Program-made: the position numbers and the translations under genes
NCBI GenBank assembly: GCA_010909165.1
Contig: VJWM01000007.1
Coordinates: forward strand, 682,001 to 746,000
Source of the DNA: Anthoceros angustus
Taxonomy: Eukaryota > Plantae > Anthocerotophyta
Reading direction: 5' to 3'
Length of the DNA stretch: 64,000 bases
The notes under the pieces: generated by a model
The model's input: the letters and a program-made list of their open reading frames with translations, nothing else
What the model was told of the DNA's origin: nothing
Database searches by the model: none
Shown here: positions 27,377-43,288 of the stretch, in pieces
Numbering within the stretch: position 1 is the first letter of the stretch
Layout of the letters: each line of letters starts with the position of its first letter

Positions 27377-27796
27377 TCAAAGGTTGGTTGCGTGCGCATT
27401 GCTTCCATGTTTTGAGACATGTTGAAAAGCAAAAACTTTGGTATTTGGGTAAAACACATGTCTTGGATAAACTCCGAACAAACGATGGGCTTTTATTGCT
27501 TTCGAATCACCTAGCTGCTCTAGCAGACTAGATGAAACCACCAATACCACAAAATATTCTCCATGCATCTTCCATGTACGGAAGTGTGCATTAAAAAGAT
27601 TAAGTGATCCTAATTTTTCACCCGGTTGGAAAGAGGTACATGAATTTTTATACGCATTGGATTGAGTAATAAATAAACTCAGCTGATAAAGTATCCTCCC
27701 TAAAATTCCAGTAGACGGTAGAACTTCGTCTTCCCAGAACTCATGAGAATATTTAAACAACATAAACTTAAACATAGATGGTTGACCAATGGACAT
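27377..27796 (-). other. Unassigned ORF remnant inside the island (weak Ulp1/C48-protease-like spacing)
   Basis: 139-codon ORF in AT-rich DNA; FWEDEVL...GEYFVVLVV...DSK loosely recalls Ulp1 motifs, but the catalytic His is not evident. Confidence 0.2.
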
Positions 27797-28236
27797 GAAT
27801 ATGTTTTTTCTTACCTATTTTAAAGGAATTGGACCCTTGGAGTCTAAGAGGGATATAAAAACCTACTTGGAATTGAAACCTTTATGTTTTAGATCATGGA
27901 GTCCGGGCAATCAATCTTCCCATTAAGATACACTCCATTCTAGTGGTTAATATTACATGTTGCTATGAGGCAATACTTTCACACGGTGAAAAACTCCCTC
28001 ATTGATGCTATGGCCTTTTGTCTTAAGAAAGCCTATACGCATGTAAAATCGAATGATAGCAAACCCAAAACCTTCATAAGAATGTTGATCCATGTAATGT
28101 TGTCCTTATTGCAAAGATAATGGCATATGCATAGGTTTGCAGTGGTTGGTTAGCATAGGTCGAAATCAAAATGAATATTAGCCCAAGGAAATGTGAAAGT
28201 TTTCCTTTCATCGTGTTCGCGTCTTAGCTCCCCACA

Positions 28237-28436
28237 TTAAGCTCCTCACGAGTAAGCTCCTTGCATCTAAGCTCCTCGCATGTAAGCTCTTCGCGCGTAA
28301 GCTCCTCGCGTGTAAGCTCATCGCGTGTAAGCTCCTCTTGTGTAAGCTCCTTGCGTCTAAGCTCCTCGCGTCTAAGCTCCTTGCATCTAAGCTCCTCGCT
28401 TCTAAGCTCCTTGCATCTAAGCTTCTCGCGTCTGAG
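28237..28436. repeat. 15-bp tandem repeat (about 13 copies, TAAGCTCCTCGCGTG-like)
   Basis: TAAGCTC recurs every 15 nt; the minus frame is open and encodes (R/K/E)-E-E/K-L-T/R pentapeptides. Confidence 0.92.
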
Positions 28437-29850
28437 CAACTTTGGACCTTCGTCCCATTTTCATATTGGCCTCTTGAGTGAGTGAGCAGGGTATAGGTGG
28501 AGTTCTAGGCGGATCATCTCTTATAATGGTTGAGACCAAACTTTGAAGGAGCTTTTTCAGCGAATTCGGGGACTTTATAAATATGTCATAGTGTACTTCA
28601 AAGCAGTCGTGCACCAGCTTAACCCTTGAACGACACTACTTATTTTCCATGAAATTCAAGCATTGTGGTTTTTGATTTTCTGTAAGTGCTATGGTTAGAC
28701 ATTAATTTTGAGAAAATAGGGTAGTGCCAAGCTCTACGTGAGCTTTCCAACAAGCCTATGGTTGCCTTCATCGGAGCAAAATTGTAGTTCCGAGCGTGAA
28801 AGGAACCTTGTCGGAGTTTTGGTCAAGATGCTCTTCTTTGGCCTCTTTCGAATTGTTCCAGGCATGGGCTCAAGGGCAAAACATAAGTGGAGATGCAGGA
28901 GGATCACTGCTAATCACCATGGGAAATCCAAGGAAATTTGACACATCGTTCATCAAACACACCGAGAGATACGGCGTGGCCCTTCACAAAATAGACTCGT
29001 CATGGTAGCAAGCTTCTATTCCAACTTTCCAAATCCGGTTCATAAATCTGGGCCCCAAGTGCAAAGAAGAGATCACGCAGTCTGTGCCACACATGCATGC
29101 GAAACTCTTAACAACCGGAGGACACCCGTCTCCGCACCCACCGACCACCGCCCACATCCCTCATCCTGGTCTCCCATAACCAGGATTCTCTCTTTTGCGA
29201 CTTACAGTTCAGCTCACTACGAATCTCGGAGGCGGAGGACACGAGGAGACGCGGAGCCCACGAGGAGCCCATCTACCAACCTCTACCTCTCCTGCACTCC
29301 CCTTGCTCGCTGCACTTGTAGGGTTAGAAGCCGAGTCAAGCGTGTCTCCTGGAAAATGTACAGAAACTCCCAAACAACAAGCAGTGCATTGCACTGCACC
29401 TCCAAGGTGGAGCCGAGAAGTGGTAGCATGCCAGTAGGACCGATAATCTTGGGCAAGAGATAGTTCAATAGTAATGCAATTCTAAAACCGGAATGGCCAG
29501 TCCAGGCTAGTGAAGAGAGTGAGTGGACCCACTAGCTGGGCGGGTCCATGGCACCGGCTAGGTGGCAGGACCACGGCTGGACCATGCCACTCCCCTTGGT
29601 CGTCGCAGTTCAACCCCGCGCTTTGTTTCTTTCCCAGCCGGCAATGCCTTGTCGTTGGTGGCATGGCTCCTCTGGTCTTATATGAGGTGATTCAATTGCA
29701 TTTGAGTTAGCCAATTTTGAAAACCTGGGCATGGGTAAAAGGGCATTTCGTGGTGGGCCAAAAAGAGTGATTCATAGTACAATTCTGAATTTCTATGAAT
29801 TAGTTACGGTAGGAAACGCAAGTCCAAAGTCTGGATCCGAGACTTTTCGT

Positions 29851-29955
29851 CGTTTAGGGTTAACTCTACGAGGGGTTAACTCTATTTATCGTTTAGGGGG
29901 TTAACTCTATTAGGAGTTAACTCTATTTATCGTTTAGGATTAACTCCATTTATCC
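29851..29955. repeat. Short tandem repeat (about 41 bp x2.5) with GTTAACTCTA cores and TTTAGG(G) motifs
   Basis: cgtttagggttaactcta...ggttaactctatttat repeated; five (G)TTAACTC cores. Confidence 0.8.
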
Positions 29956-30597
29956 AAACGATAATGCAGATGCCAGATTAAACGCCAGATAGGTAGGTAA
30001 AATGGAATATCCAATAGTCGAAGTTTTGATCAGCTTCAAGGCATCGAAAGGAAAAAGCTCACGGAGAAAACAAAACAAAAGACATATTTTGGAAGCACTT
30101 GGGTGAGAAGAGCAGTAGGGAAATCGACGGAGGTAGGATACATGTGCAATGTTCGAAGTGGTGACATGCGACCATCTTGAGGGACCTTGACGACGGACGA
30201 TGAATTCCAACACCGCTGTCCAGGTGAAGGTAGGTTGGTTGGTCTCCTACTATAAGCAGAGCATTTGCACCGGAAACAAGAAATGCGATGTGGCTTCCTC
30301 CTTCCCCTCGCTCTGGACCTTCGCCCTCCGCGCTCCGCAAGAATCGTGACGGGCTTGCTCCTGGCCGCGTTTCACGAATCACGGTGCACCAGGTTGCTCG
30401 TTGGCGGACGCTGAAAAACAGTAATGTGCGAGCGAAGGTCTTGAGACCAGAAAGGAATCATTCCCACATCATCATGCTGCACATCAACCGTCCTTGCAGC
30501 AAGCAGAGGCGCTGCGAAGGTGCTAGAGAGAAGGCTCCAAGCCTCGTCGTACGACTCGGCCGTTGCCGCCTTCCGCACGATACCTGGTCTAGTAGAC

Positions 30598-33541
<2,944 letters not shown>

Positions 33542-33747
33542 CCACGTACATACATACATACTGCAGTTCCTTATTTTTAGACTGAAGGATAAAAATAAGG
33601 GAGATGAAGCCTTCAAAGGAAGTGCCGTGCCATGTAGATTTATCTGTCCACTGTGGCCCCTTTGGATAATAGAACTGGATTTTAACCCTAGAGGGCCTCT
33701 GCGTGCGGTACTGTTATCTGTAGGCATGCAGGTGTGTGGAATTTGCA

Positions 33748-36607
33748 ATGGCTCCTGTCCCTGCCCCGCCCGCTCCTTGCATTTACCATCCAGCTCCGGT
33801 GCTGTTGGGAGGGCTGCTGGGGGCCGCATTGCCTCCTCGGGATCGCCTCCTCTCTGTTGCTAACTCTTTGTTGCTGGAACATGCGTGCACTGGCAGTGGC
33901 AGTGGCTCTCGCCGCGCGAAGGGACTTTTGTTGCACCCCGTTCCGGATCTGTCATTCAGACCCAAGCAGCAGCAGCAGCAGCAGCAGCAGTTGCAACCGC
34001 AGGCGCAGCAGCTGGAGGAGGAGGAGGAGGCAGAACATGGCCAGGCTGACAGTCAGGACAAGGGCGTAGCTCAAGAGGGAACGCAATGCGAAGTGGCTGC
34101 GTGGAAGGATGTCGGCTGTTACGACACTGACGACCTCCAGGTGGGAACCTCCTCTTCCGAAAGCAGCCAGATTTGGAGCTGGCAGGGAAAGCATGGCAGC
34201 CCCGGTGTACAGAGCTCCACAACCCGCAAAGCACGATTGGGAAAGCATGTGCGTCATGGCAGCAAGGGGCAGCTGGACGGCAGCTTGTCCAAGAATGCAA
34301 CGTCCTTGTATTCCTCCGTCGCGCACCTCACAGATGCTGCGGACATCGGTGAGGTGCTGGATTCCTGGGCCGCACCAGCGCCCCTCTGCAGGGCCGACCT
34401 ACTCGGCCTTATCAAGCTCTTGGGGAGAGACGGAGATTGGAGAAAAGCTATCTCCGTTTTCAGCTGGATGCGCGGCCAGGCTCCCAAGTTGATGCCCGAC
34501 GGAGCTGTGATTGCCGTTATGTTCAGGATTTTGGGGAAGGCAGCCCAAGTGGAGACTGCTTCTCAGCTATTCGACAGCCTGAAATTGGACGGCCATTCCC
34601 TCGATGTCTACGTCTACACGTCGCTCATCAGCGTGCACGCTCGCTTCGGCGGCTTCCAGCAGGCCATTGCGCTGTTCGAAAGGATGAAGTCCGAGGGTTG
34701 TTGCCCCAACGTGGTCACTTATAACGTTGTCATGGATGCCTACGGCAAGAAGGGGCAGTCGTGGGACCGCATCCTTGCTCTGTACAACGACATGAAAGTG
34801 GATGGTTTACAGCCAGACATTTATACCTACAACACCATGATCAATGCTTGTAAAACAGGGGGATCCTCAGCAAAAGCGTCACTCTGCGATCAAGCCTCCA
34901 GGTTGTTCCAGGAAATGAAAGCTGTTGGTTGTAAGCCTGACAGCGTGACGTACAATGCACTGCTCGATGTCTACGGCAAGGCAGGCTGGCATGATCAGGC
35001 CACCAGCTTGGTGGAGGAGATGGGGAAGGCTGGCTGTCAGCCCAACGTTGTGACTTTCAACGCAGTCATCGCTGCTTTGGGCAAGGCTGGTCGCTGTGTG
35101 GAGGCTGCAAACATGAAACAGACCATGCTCTCTGCTGGCCTTCAGCCCGACGTTGTCACCTATTCCACTCTCATCTCTGCGTACAGCTGGGCCGGGCAAG
35201 TGTCGCAGGTCTGAATTCAAAGTTTTGTCACTTCTCTCCTGCATGTAAGCGGACTACTATGTGACAGCCACACGGGGTTTGGTCAGTTAGCGAACGTTTA
35301 CTAAAATCTCTAGGGTGCTCTGCCTGTCCTAATGTGAGGTTGTTGCTGTGCAGGCCAGGGAAACATTCTCTGAGATGCAAACGGCCGGCTGCACTCCCAA
35401 TTGTTTCATTTTCAATGCTTTGATCGCCATGTATGGCAAGAAAAAGCTGTTGGGAGAAATGATGGCCATTTTTAAGCAGATGGAGGAATGTGGATGTGAG
35501 CCCGACATTGTAACATGGAATACCCTGCTTGGGGTGTTCGGTAAAAACGAAATGATCACAGAGGTGAAGCAGGTGTTTAAAGACATGAAGCAGTGCGGGT
35601 GCGAGCCAGATAAGGCCACTTTCAACATCCTGATTGATGCCTACGGCAGGTGTGGGTCTTCTGAGCAGGCCTTGCAAATCTACAAAGGGATGCTCATGGT
35701 GGGTTGCAGTGCAGATCAGGCTACATACAACTCCTTGGTGGCTGCTCTGGCGAGGGATGGACGGTGGGAAGAGGTTGAACAGGTTGTAGAGGAGATGGAG
35801 GGAGGAGCATTCAAGCCCAACGACCATACACATGCCTCTGTGTTGCATGCCTACGCCAATGGGGGCCAGCTTATGCGACTGAAAAGTGCTGTCCAAGACT
35901 TGCTCATGGCGACTGCACCTCTCTCTTTCTTATTGTACAAGACGTTGGTACTCATCTATTGCAAGCTGGGCCTGCGCGAGGAGGCAGAATCGCATTATCA
36001 GGCCTTGACCAACTATGGCCACAAACCTGACCTAAACGTATACAATGCAATGATCGGTTTATATGGGAAGCGAGGAATGGTTGACAAGGCCATCGACATG
36101 TTCGGCTGGTTGAAAAGATGTGGTCTAGTTCCTGATCTTGTGACATACAACTGTGTGATGAGCACCTACGGTCGTGAAGGAATGTATAAGCGGGCGGAGG
36201 AGGTGTTGAGAGAAATGCAAGTTGCGGGGGTTAAACCTGATCTTGTTTCTTACAACACTCTCATCTTTTCCTACTGTAAGCACGGGCGGATGGTTGAAGC
36301 TGGTAAACTGTTCCATGAGATGGTCACCGCAGGTCTGCGACCCGACTCCTTCACTTACAACATTTTCGTGAGTAGCTACTCAAATCTGGGCATGTATTCC
36401 GATGCCATGAACGTGATCAGGCATATGAGGAAGAAAGGTTGCAAGCCTACCGAGGTCACTTATATGTCATTGCTGGATGCATATCTTAGACTGGGGAAAT
36501 TGCAAGAAGCAACTCGTATCCTCAAGGTGCTGAGACAATCTGATCCTAATCTTGACCGTACAACTCTTCGGAAAATGGAGGCTCGTTTGAGTAATTACAA
36601 GTTGTGA
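33748..36607 (+). CDS. P-class pentatricopeptide repeat protein (2 exons)
   Basis: Tandem 35-aa repeats (PNVVTYNVVMDAYGKKG, PDIVTWNTLLGVFGK, PDLVSYNTLIFSYCKHG). GT-AG intron 35209-35353 joins the two ORFs in phase 0. Poly-Q/poly-E N-terminus; no E/DYW domain. Confidence 0.93.
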
Positions 36608-36834
36608 AAACCTTTAGATAGCACTCGCCGTTAACGCCCCGTCACCTGTTGTATATATACACAGTCGCTTGATGAAGGTGGATGACTAAATGGTGTCCAG
36701 GGTGGTGTGCTTGCTGTAGGCTGCCATCTCACCTCCTGGAGGTTTGCACACTTGAAAGGCTGCTGCCTGACATGGTACATCACATCCTGGACCCTCCCCA
36801 ATATAGAGGTTGAATTAGGGATTTCTTCACTTCA

Positions 36835-37821
36835 TTAAAAGAATACCAGGTCGGCTATAGCGTCCATTAGCGCCACAACAAACCGCATCTGAGTATCCTC
36901 ATCGATAACAGAAAACGGCGGCACATGGACGAAAATGGATGCTGTTGAATGGGTTGCGGCATGGCGCAGTGAATGGTAATAATCATAATTGCACACAAAG
37001 CGTCCGGCGTCCTCTGAGGCGGTCACGTCAAATCCCTTCTTCACTAGCGTGTCCACGATGTAACCCACAGGCAGCTTGGTCTGGCAACACAACAAGCACC
37101 CAACCCATAACAAGGCTCAGCTGGGCGTTCCATCTTCAAAGCACATTCACAAGAGGAAAGGGCTGGGGTTCACGTACTTGCAAGGCGTGCGTCAGGGGAC
37201 CATCCTCCGCCACGATGGGGATCCGCTGCACACATGAGACCACACCAGGCTGAGGCTGGCTGAATGGACTAGGCACTCTCACCAGGGGAGCGGAAACAAA
37301 CAGGCTCGGGTTGAAGAGGAGTAAACCTGCGGTTGCCATCCCATCTCGTCCGGGCAACGGAACGTAGCCTCATTCACAGCCCTCCGCTCTACAGCAAACC
37401 TTGCGATCCCACTGTTCACCCCCAAGTGCACCTGGCTCAAGGGCCAGGAAGTTGGTCACACTCAGACCCAGACCCAGTCCCAGTCCCAGTCCCACTCCAG
37501 AATCCGGAACTGCGGATTGATGCAAATTGAATTGCAATTGCAATAAATCAGCCTTACCCAAATCACTCGTCCTATATCCTCGTCGGGCAACACAACGGCG
37601 GAATCGAGCAGGTTGAGGAAGTCGTCGAGAGCGCCCTCCCCAGCTGTCTCCAACACGGTGCAGCTGCCTAGAGTGGCACCGCGCGGCATCCCGCGCTTGG
37701 CAAAGTAATCCTTCATCCGCCCCACAATGACTTCCGTGGGATTGTCAGCCACTCCGTAGAACTTCCTGAATCCCGTGAGATGGAACTTACAATCGCGCCA
37801 GGTCCTGCCATCGGAGCCCAT
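36835..37821 (-). CDS. Pyroglutamyl-peptidase I (pyrrolidone-carboxylate peptidase, C15; multi-exon)
   Basis: FHLTGFRKFYGVADNPTE, VHLGVNSG, ERRAVNEATFRCPDE, SEDAGRFVCNY, FVHVP; the Glu/Cys/His triad motifs are present. Confidence 0.93.
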
Positions 37822-38241
37822 GATGCCGCAGCAGGCCACAACGGGAGTCCGGACGATCAATGTAGTGTCTACTGAGCCGGCCTGAGCCCGGGCCGGGGCC
37901 TTCAAGCTCAGGAGCTGGAGCGTTAAACGGCAGCCGATGGGGTTTTGCAGTCACCCACCATCCACCATCTCCACGCTTTATATGTATTTACAATTATAAT
38001 AATACAGTATACATAAATGTAAGCACGTACAGTGCAGAGTTGCAGCGTACGAAACTGGCTCCGTCTGGATACCATCTCCCCGAGCTTGCCAATGCACGTC
38101 CTAGTAGCGTCACCGCCACAACACAGCAGCGCGCTGCATTTGCCGTCCGTTTCGGACAGTTTTTGAGACAGCCCTCCACCCGCCGGTCTGCTCCTGGCGG
38201 CTGCTACTGCTGCTGCTGCTGCTGTTGTTCCCGCCCCCACC

Positions 38242-41200
38242 ATGGCCTCCTCGTCCGCCTCACCCACGTTTTACCGCATCACCCTGTCCCAGCTCAAGGG
38301 CTCGGATGCCCGTGGGGGGCAGGGAGAAGGCCCTTCCTGGACCCCTCACCGGGCCATGGTGGCGCTCTTGTCCTCTCACCGCTCGTCTCGTGTTGTGGAC
38401 TTCGTGCTCGGAGAATCGAGTAATGGTGACTTGGCGCACCGATGTTACTTGGAGCGCACCCAGGTCTCTCTCACTTTCTTGCCTCTGTTTTCTGTTGCAC
38501 ACTCTGCTCTCCGCCGAGGAATCGCTTGTGGTGCCGGACGCACATAGTTTAGTCCTGTTCCAATCCAGCTCTCAGCTTCGACCTCAACATTGTCTGGGCT
38601 TGTGCCCAAATGTGCTCTGCCTCGGAATCTAGAATGCTGTCTAGGGTTTTTTTTTTCACTGATTCAGTCGCCACTGCTGGTTGTGGTCGTGAACTTTTTT
38701 TTTTTGTACTGGTGTCAGTTTTTCAAGACAGGGGAGGCTCTCCAACTTTGGGTGTCAGAGGAGTCTCATGCCAAGGTCACATACTGGATGTTCACCGTTT
38801 GAAAATGCAACGCAAACTTGATTCTCCCCACCCTTAATAGCATGGATGGTCTTTTCTAACGGGTTTTCATGCTCCATTAATATCAGCCGTCTAGGGTACA
38901 CACATTGATGCTACGCTTTCAGTCTGAGAGGGCTAGCAGTAATTTTTTTTCAGCTGTAGAAGATTGGAAGAATTGTAGCAGTGCTATATCTGGTAACTTG
39001 GGCAACTATACGATCTCAGTCTTCTCATCTTTACCTGCTTGTAATGCATTCGGTTAATGCAATATTATGCATTATTCTGTACTGACTGTCGCTCACATTA
39101 ATACTGTTTTAATTGCAGGAAGTGACTTCTCCAACTCCACAAGTGAGGAGCTGAAAGGGAACAGTAAATTTGCGAGAAAGATTGAGGCTTCTTCTGCCAA
39201 GATGTATTTTCATTATTATGGACAGCTGCTTCATCAACAGAATATGTTACAGGATTATGTTCGAACAGGTAAATGTGTTGTGTTAAGCCGTACGCTTACT
39301 AATTCTATAAACTGATGGACAGTGTTAAGCGTATGTTTCAAATTGTGGTTTCTGCACAATTTGAATGCTAGCATGCCATCTGCGGTTGTTTGAACCTGGT
39401 TATGTGCATGCCTTGCAGCCAACTAAAGACTTATCATCATTACAGGAACGTATTACACTGCTGTCATTGAAAATCACATGGACTTCCATGATAAAGTGGT
39501 TGTCGATGTTGGAGCCGGAAGTGGCATTCTTTCCTTATTTGCAGCGCAGGCAAGTCAACATGTCTCTTCGCTACTCTGTACGCAGCCCTTGGTCGCTGTA
39601 GGCTCAATTTGTGTCAAAATCATGTCCTGGAGCAAGAAAGTTGCCTGTATGTGTTTGTGTTGTTCAGGCAGGTGCAAAGCGTGTGTACGCGGTGGAGGCA
39701 TCTCCTATGGCAGAGTATGCTCGAAGGCTGATTGCAGGCAATCCCTCTCTGGGGCAGCGCATCACAGTGAGAATTTGAAATCTGAAACCTTGGATTTCTG
39801 CGTAGAGGCCACTGATGGATGCACCTGAGCTTTTGTTTTGGTATGACACTTAGCAAAACAGGATGCCTCAGCACGGTTGAGTGCTTGGTGTGGTTTGAAC
39901 AGTGGCAGTCTTTCATGGACCTTGTGATGCTCATGAGTTGCAGATCACGCCCCAACTCTAGCTGTAATTCTGAAAGTGTAGCTCTCTTGATTGAAGTATT
40001 CCCAAGCTTGTCTGTCTGCTTAGTTGGCTTTGTTTTACCTATCTCCTAGATTGCTTCAAACTGTCTATACATCCTATGAATCAGTTTTTTCGTTGGGAGT
40101 GTACCTGTTTGTTTTTTCTCTTTTTCCGAGCTTGCAATCTGCTGGCTTTCTCTGCTATTGGAATATCTCCTGAATCTTCGTTGTTTTGAGCTGCTGTAGT
40201 CAACAAGGTGGTTGACTTTTTAGATTTGCATTTGCAGGTGATTCATGGCAAAGTCGAGGAGGTTGAGTTGCCGGAGAAGGCTGATGTTCTCATCTCAGAG
40301 CCCATGGGTGAGTACCAATGGCTCAAAACAGGCTCTACTGCATGTTGTACTCTGGAACTCATTTTCCTGTTATCTCATGTCTTCGTTCGAGAATTCCATG
40401 TGGGTTTAGGATGATAGTAACCATTCAACTATGATTTGTTTTTGGGTTCACATCCTTTTAATAATTATTCTACGAAAATGTAACTCCATTACAAATGTTG
40501 CCTGATTTCAGGTACTCTTCTTGTGAATGAACGGATGCTTGAATCCTACGTCATTGCCAGGGACCGCTTTCTTGTTCCTAATGGCAAGATGTTCCCTGCA
40601 CTGGGAAGGTTGGTGCCGAAGTGCTTCTTGTACCAAGGAAGCCCTATGTTGAGCCAAACATGTCTTAAGATGTATGCTGAGTACTGGGCAATATCTCCTT
40701 TTTGTGGTCTTGCAGGATTCATATGGCTCCTTTCAGTGATGAATATCTTTATGTGGAGATTGCCAACAAGGTAGGCATGTCTTAACATTGATTTCACAGG
40801 AATCGTATGCATTATTGCACAGCGTAGAGGCTGACTGTGTCAATTTGGTAGCTTCACAAAGTGGCAGCTCTAGTACCAATGCTTCTATACCTGCAGGCTT
40901 TGTTCTGGCAGCAGCAGAGTTACTATGGAGTTGACCTCACTCCTCTGCATGGATCAGCGTTTCAAGGGTATTTTGCTCAGGTGAACAAGCACCAATTAAG
41001 CCAGCCTTCTCACAGTTTGTGTTCAAGAAAAACTGTGAAATAGTTGGATGAAAGGACAATGTTACATGCTGTTAACCAGTAAAAGAAGTACGTCTCATGC
41101 TGCAACGGGCACATGTTCTTTTTGGTGCTGTGGTAATTTCACAGCCAGTGGTCGACGCATTTGATCCCAGGGTTCTTATTGCGCCCCCTTCTGTTCACAC

Positions 41201-42699
41201 CATAGATTTTACCAGTGTGAAGGTGAGTTATGAGATTTGTTTCCTGTATATCAGTTTTCAGACCTTTGTCAACCCCTTGTTCTTCTCTTTTGTTTGCTGC
41301 TTCTCTTTTGTTTGATGGCGTACTGGTTGTTCATGCAGGAGGAAGATTTGTATGAAATTGATATCTCTCTCGACTTCAGCCCGACAGTTGCAGCTCGAGT
41401 CCATGGACTCGCATGTTGGTTTGACGTCCTCTTTAATGGCAGGTCTGCACCGAGGTTCTAGGCAAGGACTGTCTAATTTTCCATTGTCCTGATTTCAATC
41501 CGATGTAACACTTCCAATCTCTGCAGTACTATTCCAAGGTGGCTGTCTACAGCACCTGGTGCGCCAACTACACATTGGTATCAGCTACGCTGCGTGTTGT
41601 CACAACCTCTTTATGTCCTCGCCGGACAGCCCATAACTGGTCGCCTTCACTTGGTTGCGCACAGTTCACAGAGCTATACAATTCACCTCACGATGTCAGG
41701 TACAGACCTTCTCCCATGGTGCATCCAGTATTCGGTTTAATAGATTCTGTTCATTCCATTTTGTTCTTAGCGGAACCTGACTTCAAGCCATACTAAAGTT
41801 GTCTCATGTAGGACTCCTTTGTTTAGGGTGAACGTGTAGCATGTGGACTTGTTTTAATATGCTTGTCCAGTCTTTTCCTTGTGACCTGCTGTGTGGAAGT
41901 TTGCTAGAGTTGCTGGTTTCCAGAAATTGGAATGAAATGGTAAGGTCCAACTAGTTTTTTTTGATATGTCTCCTTCTAGGAACAGTGTAGGATGCACTCC
42001 CTTGATGACAAACCGCAAAGGATTTTACTCGTTAGAGAGATGTTCCTCATATTATACCCAGATATTTCAATCTACTGCTGAAGTACCCCAGGCTAGTCAT
42101 TGGAGTGTGGAGCAAATCCTGAAAAAATGATAGCTGTAGAGGTATCCAATCAACGATCAGGGTGTCTGATGTAGTGCCCATTGAAATTGCAGCATCGACT
42201 TGGACAGGTTCTGGTGATGGCACGGTCCTGCAGACTGCATCTTCTAAGCTTGACTTGAAGGAGCCTTACTATCGCCTGTCCCAACCACAAATGTATGCGT
42301 GGTCTCAGGAGCAGCCTCAAAATCAACAAGTGTCACTTCACGATCCTCAGACACAACGAGTGCAGGTAAAACCCATCTACTATGGGGTTGGCTGTGTAGA
42401 AAATAGGTTTACGCACTGTCAAGCAGTCAGGTCAGCCGTCGCTTTGGTTATGAAATCGTGTATGAGTTGTCGTGTGTTTTGGTAGGCACAGCGTATCTGA
42501 ATCAAGACTTGTGTGTGGGCTGGAAAATGCACAGGTAGGAGAGGTAGGCGGTGCCGTGCAGCAGCCGTTACAGCAATCTGCTGCGATTCTGCAACAGCAG
42601 CGCCAGCAACAGAGTACACCTCAACCGACACATCAGCAGTTCACGAATGCGATGTCTCCGCAACAGCAGCAGATATATCAACCCTACTGGTCTTCTTGA
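38242..42699 (+). CDS. PRMT4: Protein arginine methyltransferase PRMT4/CARM1 (multi-exon)
   Basis: [83 protein letters not shown]; Gln-rich tail. Confidence 0.95.
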
Positions 42700-43288
42700 T
42701 ATGGCTTATGCGGATTTTCCGTTCACTTCTAATTACCTATACAATTATATGAGCAGTCGCTGCGGATCCAGTTTTAATCAGCTTAGCTGGCTCCTTTCAG
42801 AGGTCATGCTGCGGTGTTACCAGCTGGAAAGGTAGGCAGGAGCTCAATCCAACGGGCATGTAGCTAGCTGATTAAGAGTGGGCTTGTGACCGTTGTATGT
42901 TCCATCATTGAAGGGCTGCGGAGGTGAGTTGCTTGCATGTTCTTGTCAGGGCTTTTGATTGTTCTAGGAAGGTTGCAACCTCCTAGCGCGTAGCCTTGGT
43001 TGCAACCGTACAGTTCCCAGAGTTCACTGTTCTGGATTCACCAATGGGAGGCGAATGGGACAGCGGGACGGAGTATGAGCAGAGCACTCTTTGTACGGTC
43101 AGGGTTACAACAGATGTGTGGGGGACGGACGCTAAGTTAAGCTTAGCTAATCCCATGCCTTGTGTGGGATGTCGGGTGGGTGGAGCAGTGGTGACGCCCT
43201 TTTCGGATTGGAGTTGGCAGGGACAGTTAGTTACTTAAAGTTGGTGTTTCCCCCTCATTCGGCAACGAGGCCTTTGGCAAGGCTTGCC

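Noticed and set aside
26078-28436. CRISPR-like array
   Set aside because: The repeats are contiguous diverged tandem units without unique spacers, the context is eukaryotic, and there are no cas genes.
29515-29624. Possible HDV-like ribozyme at the putative 5' end of the element (minus strand GTGGCATGGTCCAGCC..., two stems)
   Set aside because: Stems exist (GTGGCA/TGCCAC; TGGACCC/GGGTCCA), but I could not fit P1.1, P3/L3 or the catalytic J4/2 of the nested double pseudoknot.
18419-29624. Mutator-like DNA transposon as the source of the 11-bp duplication
   Set aside because: No terminal inverted repeats or transposase motifs are seen; the left end looks like a LINE poly(A) end.
35190-35215. 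GC donor in the PPR gene (GG|GCAAGT)
   Set aside because: A canonical GT donor at 35209 gives the correct phase and repeat length.
42885-43010. DUO1/MYB-like GACCGTT and twin GGTTGCAACC palindromes upstream of dynein
   Set aside because: The motifs are too short to distinguish from chance without comparative data.
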